Below are positions 52,421 through 64,000 of a DNA stretch of 64,000 nucleotides, piece by piece. Every line of letters begins with the position of its first letter. Position 1 is the first letter of the stretch. Under the pieces are notes generated by a model that saw nothing but the letters and a program-made list of their open reading frames with translations, ran no database searches and had not been told where the DNA came from. The stretch is from Gracilinanus agilis (lineage: Eukaryota): positions 181,924,847-181,988,846 of the forward strand of contig NC_058135.1 in the NCBI RefSeq assembly GCF_016433145.1, read 5' to 3'. A program made the translations under genes and the position numbers.

Positions 52421-55400
52421 TATTTAACCCTTCCTTTCCTTTCCCTTTCCCTTCTTCCTACAGCATTCTGTTTCCTGCTTTTGTGCCCTGCATATCTCCC
52501 GTCCCTTGAACGAACTCCCTCATAATCTCTTATACTTAGAATCCCATCAAGAGCATCCTATTCTACCTGACACCTTTCCTGATTCCTTCAGTTAAGAGCA
52601 TGTTCAGTCATATTCAATTATGTCTGAGTCTTCCTGACCCTTTTGGGGATTTTCTTGGCAAAGACCCTGGAGTAGTTTATCATTGCCTTCTACAGTTCAT
52701 TTACCAGAAGATGGTGACTTGAATTGGTAGAGGGAGTTCTCCATATCAGTGAAGTCATGGGTCCTGTGCTTATTTCTCCTTTTTGTATAATATTCTTTTT
52801 TCCCCCTATGCCTTTCAACAACAACAAAAACATTTAAATCCAAATAATAAAATGATACCTTAAACATGTGTGTAGATGCCATCTATTTGGGTAGATTATA
52901 AGCTCCTTGAGGGGAAGAACTGATTCCCCATTTTCACTTCTGTTATAGTATTCCCAACACCTAGCTACTGCCTGACATTTTAATTCAATTGCTTAATGAA
53001 TGTTTCTTGATTAGTTGGTTGATTGTTCTACATATAATGAAGACTCAATAAATATCATCCAATTGTTCATAAAGGTTTCTTAAACATATGTTCTTCAAAA
53101 TAAAATTTCTATAATCATTTAGTAAAAGTGTTTAATGAAATAAAAATTAAATTTACACCAAAGAAAACAAGAAAAAAAATCATGTCTTTTCAGCAATGTC
53201 TTCTGTACCTTTTTGGTTAAAATCTTTGATGAAAAAAATGTATCTTTTGACACCAATTTTAACACCTTTAAGAACAGATTCTATTTTTCATTTGTCTAAA
53301 TTGGTTTATTACCGGCATTATGTCCTAATGATAAATTCTCTCACAGCACAAATGTAAATTTAGATGTAATATAATCTGTTAAGACTATGGCTCTTTTGTT
53401 ATGACCATCTGGATTCTTCACTAGTTACAGGTTAAGTATGTAACAAAAAAGAACACAATTAAGGAGTTTATCCTAGAAGTCTCTAAGTCTATGTTCAGGT
53501 ACACTTACGTGATAGATGGTGATGATCTCCATAATGGACACTGATGGAAAGAAGTTATACTTAACCACTGTTTTCATTCAGGACTCCAGAAACAACTCTG
53601 GGGGGAGAAAACCCACAGATCTCCAATTAGTCTTATAAAAATCCTTTTCTTGTTTGTTTATCCTACATCTTCCCCTAAAAGTTATCCATATGAGTCTACC
53701 TAAAGTGCTAGGGGCCTTCCTTACATCCTATAAACATTTCAAAGATAACAATAAAATACATAAATTGTCTACAGATGAACCTTGTCTATTTCAAGATGAC
53801 TAATCTATATTTATTTTTTGGTCATGACTTCCTTAATTTCCTCTCAATCTTTCTATACAATTCCTTCCTTTTGTTGTGTTGCCATTTTATCACTTCTTAT
53901 ATTTTTAGAACTTGAGAAAATGGTAATCCCATTGATGAAATACCAGCATATCCTTGAAAAAGAGAAACCAAAGGAGTAACTCCATGACATTCTTTAAAAG
54001 ATTTTCATGCAGCAAAAATCTCCATTACAGTCATAAATTTGAAGCTCAAAGGGACCTTTCAGGTCATCCAATTCAATATATTTACTATATGAAGAAACTA
54101 TTCTTGAGATGGTAACTTATAGAAAGTGATAGAACAAAGATTTGAATGTAGTGCCTCTGATTCCAAATCCAATTAACAAAGTAGTTAACAAATTCAATTA
54201 ATAAATCGATGAGCCATATGATGAAGCTGTTCCCTTACCAAAACAAAAGAAAACCAAAATAACTCAGAAATACAAAAACAACAAGAATTTGTTGTGTGTA
54301 GTGTGTGTGTGATTTAATGAATAAAGCAGATCAATCTTAAAAAAAAAGAAAAGAAGTGGTCTATCATATGGTCCTATGGAATGGCACAATATTTGGAGGC
54401 ACTATATATCTTATTTATATATTTTATTCCTTCACATACTAATTGTTTAACCATTCTAATCCTCACTACCCATCTTACAATATGAATAATAAAATCTCTA
54501 ACATCTAATTCATGGCGTTGTTATGTGGAAAACACTATAAAAGATAAAGTATTAAAATATAAATTTGAGTTATCAAACTACAAGTCTGATTTAGGACTAT
54601 ACTTTTCCTTGTGAAGACACTGTTTATAATTTAATACATTAAATTAAATTCAATAAGCATTTAATAAAGAACCATGATACATGAGGGACTGTGCCAGTCA
54701 TGACAAAAGCCCCTCCAGCTCGCATTAGGAACAGAGCTTTGTGTCACTTTCCAACACTATAAGGCTCTTCTCTATGGACATTCTTGAAAACCAAGTAGAG
54801 TAGGTAACTATCTTCAATTAATCAATCCACTTGTCTCTTTCTTATATATAAAGTTGAATATAATAAGACATGATAGAGAAAAGATTTGTTCAAAACCCAT
54901 GTTTTCTACAATGAAGTGACCTTGGGCAAGTTATTTTACTTTGAAGGGTCTCAGTTTTCTTATCTATAAATTGATAGAGCTAGACGGTTACATTTGAGTT
55001 TCCTTCAGGTTCTAAATCCCATAAACCTATTAACCAAACTAAAGGTAAAGATATTAGTTGGGTTCTTATTCTCTAATGATCTCCTAGTTTATCAACATGG
55101 ACTTAAATTCACATTGTATGTACAGTAAAAAGTACATTGGGAGCATTTTATAATGTTATTTCTCATAGTAGAGAGAAGCTTAATATAAATTGAGAAACCA
55201 ACAGTGGAAATTTCATTACTAGAATAAAAGAACACTATTAAAAATAGTTTTACCCAAAAAAATGAATTTTTAAATGGGCAAAGTTAAAGTGTAAACCTAG
55301 TGTATTTATTGCAAAAGAAAGAATTCGCTATGCTTAATTCAGAAATTCCCCTTTCTCTCCTGGCTTTGTGGAGCAATACAATGCATCTGGGATCCTTTGC

Positions 55401-56104
55401 CTACCCCAGAAGTAGTTAGCAGTATTGTAGTAAAGCACTTTCTGAAAGGCTATCCAGGGTTCAACTCTGAACTCTTCTTATAATATAATTATATGAAAGC
55501 AGAGCTAGATTAAAGAATGCATGTCTACTCTAAAGCTTTGTTTTTTAATTGTTGTAGACCTCTGATATCAATGACAGAGGGAATTCCTGCAGAGAAAAAC
55601 TCATCTACCAATGCAATCTTTTAACTAAGGGTTTGTAAGGTTAAGATCCTGTTAGTTTAGATTAAATGCCTAAAATGATATCTACTAAGTTATTCAACAG
55701 TTAACATAAGAATATTCACTTAGTTAAAGCATAGAAAAAGTATTCAAGTAGTATATTGAAGCATTAGCTTGGAGAAACAGTCCACTCACCTACTATCATT
55801 TTGATATGAAGAGGCAGAGTGTAACAACTCATCCTCCAAGTATTGAGGACCCATGTTCCATGCAGACTTTTTAATTCCCTTATGTGACAAGGAAGCCATA
55901 ACCATCAGCTAAAGAGTACTAGGAAGTTGCCTGTTAAAGAAGGGAAAGGTTGATCCATAGACCCTTGGGTTAATCAAGCCCCAGTGACAGTTTTGTCACC
56001 TCTCAAGGGCAAACAAAATAAAACTTGCTCCTTTGTGTTGGGGAATACTTGTGGGGGGAACCTTAAAGGTAGCTTTCTTATCAAATGAAATGTCTGGAAA
56101 AAAT

Positions 56105-56390
56105 GTGTTGGGATTGTGTTGGTGTTGAGTTGTTTTTCAGTTGTGTCTGACTCTTCGTGAGATTTTCTTGGCAAAGATACTAAAGTGGTTTGTTATTTCT
56201 CCAGCTCCTTTTACAGATGAAAACACTAAGTCAAATAGGGTTAAGTGATTGATAAGTGTCACACAACTGGTAAGTGTCTGAAGTGGTATTTAAATTGAAG
56301 AAAAGGAATTTTCCTGACTCCAGGCCTGGTTCTCTATCCACTGGGCTATCTGAACAGCTAACTCCATTACTTGGAAATAAGAGAGGTTAT
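56105..56390 (-). mobile_element. MAR1-type SINE
   Basis: gttgtttttcagttgtgtctgactcttcgtgagattttcttggcaaagatac...ctgactccaggcctggttctctatccactgggc. Confidence 0.75.
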
Positions 56391-56502
56391 AAAACTTGCC
56401 CAGGATTATACAACTAATATGGATCAGCATCAAGAACCCATAGCTTCCTGACTTAGTGGCCAACTCATTATCCATTATACTACCTTCCCTTCCTCTCTAT
56501 TG

Positions 56503-56775
56503 TGTAGGTGGAAATTTGAAGCACCTGAGCTGCATTACCCAGCATCCTTTTGAGTTGCGTCCTCACCTAGCATCCTTGTGCTTGGGAAATAAATTTGCTG
56601 GAGATCCCACCTTCAGGGACTCTCTGCTCTGAGGGCTCTGGGCACTCTCTCCCGGGTATTTCGGTCTGGGAAGTTTTCTTTTCTTTACCAAGTCTATTTT
56701 TTCTTTTGCTATTATTATTAAAATCTTATCAAAATAGTATTTGGAGTATTGGGATTATTAATTTTTAATCTTACA
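56503..56775 (+). mobile_element. Short solo LTR (about 270 bp)
   Basis: TGTAGG...CTTACA; ATTAAA near 56717; no clean TSD. Confidence 0.6.
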
Positions 56776-59700
56776 TGGGAACATATCTTGGAGGCTATAC
56801 AATTTTAAAATATTCATTTTAATGTCATTTTCTCTACTATAGTCTTAGATTCATTCCAAACTTTTGGGGGGTCATTTTCTGAGCTCAAAACAATATTCTT
56901 ACCCTTTAGTTGCTATGACATTGGAGAAAATGGTCAAGGTTATGGGGAAGCAAATGTAGCTTATAAGCTAGGAAATAAACAAGGTCTAGAAGTCCATCCT
57001 GTTTCATCCTGTCTCTTACATTAGCTTGCTTTGCAACCATGGGCAAACTACTTGTCTCCCTATGCTTCAGTAAGCTCATCTGTAAAATGAGGATGGTGGA
57101 ATGTCATGCTTACTGAAGCACTTAGGTCAGATGATGATAGGTGATGCTTCCTAGTATTGAGGTTTGTTTTAGAAATAAGGTCCTGGGAAATTTAAAATTA
57201 GTTGATGTCAATATAAAGAAGGTGTTCTGTGAAGGATTTGGCTTCTAACCATTTTTTCTCCTCCAGAGCACATCAGCATATAAACTCTCTGACTGCTTTA
57301 ACTCCAATGAATTAAAAACATAATGCAAATAGCAGAACTGTTTTCTTCCTTTTAAATTTAGATTGCTAGCATTACATGCATTGAATACTGGAGAGAGGAG
57401 AAAACCTGTTGATCTTTTTTTTCTTCCTCTTTTGCATCAAGTAGGGTCAGTAAGGATAAAAGATACATTTTCAAAGAAGGGCAAAAGTCAGCTGGATTTT
57501 AATACATTTTGCCTGTGTTATCTCTTGACTATTTATCCAGGCTTCTGATGCAGCACAGTATGGATAGCAGGGCAGAAGGGAAAGGAATTCGCTTGTTTTC
57601 ATTTTTCTCTGGGGCAGGGAAAAGAAGCCAAAGTAAAGTCACATGAGGCAGTCTAAGATGAATTAGACTCAAAAGCACCTGTACATAAAAGCATGGAAGG
57701 GATTTTAGAGATCATGTCATTCAGCTTTTTTTATTTTACAAATAAGGGAACCAAGCCCTACAGGGGTGAAATGTCTTATACACAGATATATAAATTTGTG
57801 GCCAACATATAAGAATAACTATCACTACTTGAATCCTTCTTTGGTACCCTGCTCGTCATCAATACTGTATCTTGAATTTTTAGGTGATAGTGCATAAAAC
57901 ATTGATCTAAAGCTAAAAAAGACCTTAGAGGTCGTCTAGACCAATTGCTTCATTTTAAAGACGAGGAAGCTGAATCAGGCAAAGATTAAGTTATTGCCAA
58001 TGATCACACAGATAAGCCTCTCAGAGAAAGGATTTAAAACTTGCATCCTTTGACTGCAGAGTCAGTACTCTCTCAAGTATATACCACTAAGCAGAAGGGA
58101 AACTTAGGAATCTCAGGGTCATAGTTCTTGAAATGATAGGTACTTCCAAAGCTATCTAGTCCAGTCCCCTCATTTTACAGATGAGAAGACTGAAGGTAAG
58201 GGACTTGCCTAAGGTCATATAAACAATATTTCAGAGGAGTCAACTTGATCCTCATTCCTTTGCCTTAAGTGCTCTTTCCATTATCCAGAACAGAAGGGAG
58301 ACTTCCTTCACAATGTAGAAGCATAGAGCTCTTCCATGGTAAAGTTGTCTTTCCCTAGATGTATCCCCAAAGAGTGACTGAGCCTGGGACATATCAGGTA
58401 CCAGATATGATAGAGGAGACATATGATAGCTAGAAAAGGAATGCTTCAGCTCTGATGGCCATAGGAATGACAGCAACAGTTATAGCTGAAGGGCTACTTA
58501 TTTTATATTTGAATACTTTGAGGATCTGTAATTTTGGTGCTGTGTATATGCCCTTTACTAGTGCATATCACAAGTTCTCCACACCATCATAGATGGCTCT
58601 CATAAGCTACTAAAGACAGAAATATTATTCAACCGATATCCAGCCTTTTGGTGATGAGCCTCTCCAAACTTAACTGGAATGGTCCTTAGATGAAAGACAC
58701 ATAGTCTATTATCACATATGTTCCTAAAGCCTCTCCAGTTTGGTAGATCCAAGCAGTTTGTATATGTCACTAATTTAACTTGAAATTCAAGGTCACCTCT
58801 AAACTACAATGAAAATTCCTCCAGTTTTGGAGAAGATATTGGTCATAATGAGTGAAGAAAATGGATATGGGCCTATAGTGGGTCTTATACTGAGGAGGAA
58901 TGCTTCTAGGCTTGCACCAATCTCTATATCCTCACCTTGCTCTAACACTACCATTTTTTCTAGTGAAAAAATATTCATTGAGCATTCTTTGATAGGTTCC
59001 TTGGCACTGTCAGACAAAATATAAATAGAGTTAACACTCAGTTGACAGAATAGCATGTTATAATGTTAATGATAGTTGATATTTATAAAAGGTATCCCAT
59101 GAGTTTTTAAGCTTATCCTAAATTCTTAAATCCCTAGCAATCGATAAGAACTGAGTAAATATTTGTTGAATGAACTAAAAAATGAACGAATAGGTAAGCT
59201 ATGGGATCTTGTCTATTTTGTACTTCTTAGAACTTCCCCTTAAGTACCAGGGATCTTCTCACCTAGGAACAGTCTTCCATGGCCAATCTCTATGGGACAA
59301 GATTAAAATTAAGTAAACTGAAAACAACACTGAGCCTTTTGAGACAATGTATAATACTTTCAAGTCTGCAAAATATATACATAATCTCATTTGTGACTCG
59401 AAAAAATCCTGCGGGTTAGTTTTTTTGTTTTTCCATTTCCATTTTATAGCTAAAGAAATTGAAGTTCTAGTAACTTATTCTTCCTTACTCAAAGTCTGTC
59501 ATTTTATTCATAACACCATGGTGACTTTCTAAGAAAGGGAATGGAATCTGCGAAAAGGAGGCAAGTATTTGAATGCTGGCATGCTCCTTTATGTATGTGT
59601 GTTCTGTTTGACCTTCAGCAAATTCTATAACTTCGTTGGGTCTCCAGATCCTCAGTTGTAAAATGAGGCTTCAACTAGACAGTCTTCAAAATGTTTTTCA

Positions 59701-59849
59701 GTTCTAATTCTGAACTTTTCCTGAGAGCAGGTGACTTGGTATCCATTCTCCCCTTCTGGTTTCTGAAAGACAATACTAAGATTCTATTGGAGTTTTTTTT
59801 TAACATTTTGGCGCCCTTAAAAAGTCCATAGATTGACTTCAAACTTGGA

Positions 59850-60090
59850 GGAGGCAGTCAGGTAGGCCAGAGGATATAGTGTTAGTCCTGGAGTTAAAAA
59901 AATTCACCTTCCTGAATTCAAATCTGCTGTCATTTACTATGTGGTACTTGGCAAGTCACTTCACTCTTTTTGCCTCTGTTTTCTCTTCTATAAAATGAGC
60001 TGGAGAAGGAAATGGCAGTATCTTTGCCCAGAAGACCCCAAATGAGGTCAGGAAGAGTTAGACATGACTTAAATAACTTAACAACAACAA
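59850..60090 (+). mobile_element. MAR1-type SINE
   Basis: ggaggcagtcaggtagg head; ctggagaaggaaatggc...acatgacttaaataacttaacaacaac tail. Confidence 0.75.
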
Positions 60091-60517
60091 TGAACATGGA
60101 GGATAAAGAAAAAAATACCTCTTTATTTTCACTAACCTCTAACTGAAACTTAATATTTACCTAAATTACTTAAAGCTCTATTTTGAAAAGGTGTCCATAA
60201 GCTTCATCAAATTTCAAAGAGGTCCATGATATAAAGAAAATAAATATTGACTCTACAAATGCTATTTTTATATACAAATTCACTAGCTAGAGTAAGGTCT
60301 GATACTTTCAAAGATATACAAACAGTCTGGAAATACTAGGACATTATATGTAACCAAAATGGCCATTGCTTTGGAATTTTTAACTTTCTAGAAATTTCAA
60401 TTCAACAAACATTTATTAAGTGCTTACATTGTGTAAGATATTTTTTCCCTGGACAGTAGATAGTAAAACTTTATTTGGAAGCATTATACACTACTCCAGG
60501 AATAGAGTTATGTTTTT

Positions 60518-60700
60518 TTTTTTTTTAACCCTTGTACTTCGGTGTACTGTCTCATAGGTGGAAGATTGGTAAGGGTGGGCAATGGGGGTCAAGTGACTTG
60601 CCCAGGGTCACACAGCTGGGAAGTGGCTGAGGCCGGGTTTGAACCTAGGACCTCCTGTCTCTAGGCCTGACTCTCACTCCACTGAGCTACCCAGCTGCCC
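60518..60700 (-). mobile_element. SINE1_Mdo-type SINE, young
   Basis: Reverse complement of gggcagctgggtagctcagtggagtgagagtcaggcctag...; TSD agttatgttttt. Confidence 0.93.
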
Positions 60701-61280
60701 AAGTTATGTTTTTGATCTAATAATGTTCCTGGTCTATAAAAGTGACTCAATCTCTCTCTCTCATTGGCATATTGAAATCTCAGCACATGGAGATGTGTAG
60801 CATTTCTGCCACATTGATCACCTGAGACCACCATGGCAACAAAGCATAGTTTATAAGAGCTGAAACAAGAGTCAAAATTCTCTTTTCAGAAATAAATATT
60901 TAAAGAAGTTGTGAGTTAAGCAAGAAGATAGGAAAAATTATTCTATTTGATCCTGTATTCACATTTGTCACTACAGAATGGCTCAGAACTTCATTATGGA
61001 AACAAGTTAATACTTCAGGTTTGGAGTATAGAACCCAGATGTTTAAATTTTGTGACAAGTTAATATGTGCCTTTCTAGATGTAGCTAGTCTTTCCTATAT
61101 GTTATTTTTGTTACGCAACCTCCACAGCATATGTTTTATTCCTATCTCATAAAAATTATCATAATCTACCTAACATCATTGTTGTTTGTGTACATCTCAC
61201 CTCTCCTACTAGAATGTAATTTCCTGAAGAACAGAAACTGTATTTATCCATTAACAATCTTTGATATAAGTGAATCAAGG

Positions 61281-61883
61281 TAGTGTGGGACTCTAGGTAT
61301 ACCTTGTACCCCAAAATTATAAAATTGCTTCAGGTCAAACTATAATCAGGAAAATTCCTTTCCTTCCTTGCATTTCTTGTTAATGCGGAGGAAAGGGTAA
61401 CCTTGGAACTTCAAAGACTTAACTTTAAAAAAGATCCTTGAGAGATTTATCCACCTTGGACTCTCTCCTACATTTTGAGATGGACATAGATATACGTATA
61501 CCTACATACATATCCATATCATCAGTTGTAATCTAGGACATCTACTTGTCCCCTAAACTATGCCCAGCTAAACCCTGGGTCTTCAGGACATAAGACACTA
61601 CTCTGACCCTGGTCAGGTGACCAATCCCCTCCACTTTTGCCTGAATTCATATCCTCCTGGAGTAACATATCACCTGTATAGAGTATAAAATAGAGTATAA
61701 AAATCCTAGAATTTATCTCTTTGAGGAGACAGCATCCCATCTATGCTGACCTCCTAGCCAAATTCAACATAAATTCCAAATTAATAAATATCTCTTTATT
61801 TCTAAGCTAAGTTATGAAGTCTAGCATTCTTACAAATGGTACCCATCCTGAACGCCAGGGTTCACCTCAAGCCCCCCACAACA
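61281..61883 (+). mobile_element. Solo LTR (603 bp)
   Basis: 4-bp TSD AAGG/AAGG; CCAAT near 61621; duplicated TATAAAA at about 61686 and 61698; AATAAA near 61783; ends CAACA. Confidence 0.75.
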
Positions 61884-62318
61884 AAGGCATGCTGAACTGC
61901 ATCATTATATATATATGTACATATATATTTATCTATCTATTTATTTATTTGATTATTTTTTCATTTATTTTACTTTGAGTTCTTATTTGTGCTGTACTTC
62001 TAAATTCCTGCAATTGTATAATATTTAGATTTCTAGTATGGATCCTGCAACAATAAGATAGTCATGTGAAGGCATCCTTACCCCTTTCTAGTGATACTTG
62101 ACATGGTGATAACCTGTAGTTCTTTGTACAATCCCTGGCATTTACTAAAAACTGAGGAAATGCTTATTGAATGAATAAATAAATGAACAAAGAGATAAAT
62201 TCATGGATCTAGGTTATTTACTTTGTGCCTCTTGGAACTTTTTTTATTTAGCACATGGGATTTCATCACCCAGGAACAGTCTAAAATGACCCACTTACTA
62301 TAGAACATGCTTCTACAT

Positions 62319-62513
62319 CAGTGATTCCCAAAGTAGGTGTTACCACCCCCTGGTGGGTGCTGCAGCAATCCAAGGAGGAAGTGATGGCCACAGGTGCATT
62401 TATCTTTCCTATTAATTGCTATTAAAATTTTAAAAAAAATTAATTTCCAGAGGGTTAAGTAATATTTTTTTCTGGAAAGGGGGCGGTAGGCCAAAAAAGT
62501 TTGGGAACCACTG
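62319..62513 (+). mobile_element. hAT MITE
   Basis: TIRs cagtgattcccaaa / tttgggaaccactg; perfect 8-bp TSD TTCTACAT. Confidence 0.9.
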
Positions 62514-62854
62514 TTCTACATGCTTTTTTTAATCCCATTTTTCCCTTTAGAGATTCCTCCTGGAGCCTCCATTTTGTGGAGGAGCTCATGCTAGCTTTTT
62601 TTTTTTTTTTCATTCCTCTACCAGCTCCATTTCTGACTTTCTTTTTACTTCAAAATCATACATGCATCTCTGAGGGGTACTATCATTTCTCCCTTCCTAG
62701 CTGATTCCTGGATTTTCATCACCTTTTTCTGTGTTATCTTACATTAGGATATAAAGTTCTTTTGAAGATAGATAATGTCTTTCATTTTTCTTGTGTTATT
62801 ACCCCTAGTATTTAGCACAGTACCTGGTATATAATAGGTCTTCAATAAATAGCT

Positions 62855-62950
62855 CCTTCCTTCTTTCTTCCTTCCTTTCTCCCTCCCTCCCACTTTCAAT
62901 CCCTCCCTCCTTCCTTTCTTCTTTCCTTCCTTCTTTCCTTCCCTCCTTCT
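62855..62950. repeat. (TTCC/CCCT)n low-complexity repeat
   Basis: ccttccttctttcttccttcc... Confidence 0.85.
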
Positions 62951-64000
62951 TGCCAAAAGCATTTGTGCTTTACATAGTAGGAGTTCAATAAGTCCTCCCT
63001 AAAAAAATGTAGTCAATTGATTCCAGCATTGTTATGAAGTTTTCATTATTCTAATAGAAAATTTATTTTTCATCATTTTTATACTATGATATATTCCAGT
63101 TTTAGTAACACAATAAATTGTCCTCTGTGTAATTGGTAAGGTGCTATTGAGGGTTAATGCTTATAATTTATGTCAAAGTATGTAATGTTAAAAAAAACAC
63201 TAATGACCAGTGTTCCTTTCTGTATCCTTTTTATATATTATAATTCAATGATTCAAGGATGAAGGCATTATTTTGTGGGCACTCATCAATTCAACCCATT
63301 TTCAGCATTGTTTCATTTGCAACTTGGTTATAGTGTATCCAATTTATTTACAATAAGCTTCTACATAATGCAATAAATTATAAAGTGACAGGAATAACAG
63401 TGAAATGGAGACATAATTTTAAGAGTGAAAGGTATATTCCTAAAGATGTTATGTTATTATTGAAGCCCATAGCCCAACTCTATAGAAAAAATAGTACCAT
63501 GGGTGAGGTTACCTCTAAATACCATGAACTACCTTCTTGTCTCATTTCAGACTCATTACTAATCAATTTCAGCAATTCAATTCAATTCAATAAACATTTA
63601 TTAAGCACCTACTTATGCCAGGCACTATGCTGGGAACTGGGGGATGCAAATAAGAAAATGAAAGACAGTTTCTGCCTTCAAGGAGCATCTTATAATTATA
63701 TTCATGTTTTAATTCTAGTATTATATTCAGAGCAGGAGCTAAATGAAAGAAATACCTATTCCTTACTCATGGAGAGATTGTCCAGATCATTCTTTTCTCA
63801 GGTGACTTTGTACTGATTATATCAAGCCCTACATTACTGAGGAATCTCTTGGGATGTAAGGTTCATAATCTTTGGAAAGAATTAGCCCTAACCACCAACA
63901 CTGGGGGTTGGGGGTGGTGGAATGTGGCTGAAGGATACCTATTATAGAGGATGCACAACCTATAAAGTATCCAATGGCATAGAAACTTTTTCTGACCTAT

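Overview
AT-rich, repeat-dense marsupial genomic DNA. SINE1_Mdo-type, MAR1-type and RTE elements point to the opossum Monodelphis or a close didelphid; this is an inference from repeat content, not a database match. I found no intact protein-coding gene and no RNA gene. Two processed pseudogenes are recognisable. One is an EIF3C retrocopy (35695-36882, +) with both ends of the CDS but about 530 central codons missing. The other is a full-length SPDYC-like (Speedy/RINGO) retrocopy (41394-42525, +) with a poly(A) remnant and a 12-bp TSD. The rest is about 8 solo ERV-type LTRs, L1, L2 and RTE fragments, tRNA-derived SINEs (one chimeric), hAT MITEs with 8-bp TSDs, microsatellites and four assembly gaps. 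I see no evidence for a novel multi-gene system. The best leads are the two retrocopies, a ZNF143/THAP11-like motif shared by several short LTRs, a promoter-like LTR with an 18-bp repeat array, the RTE-SINE chimera and one unexplained segment at about 34.0-34.7 kb. Protein comparisons are from recalled sequences, and repeat boundaries without TSDs are approximate.
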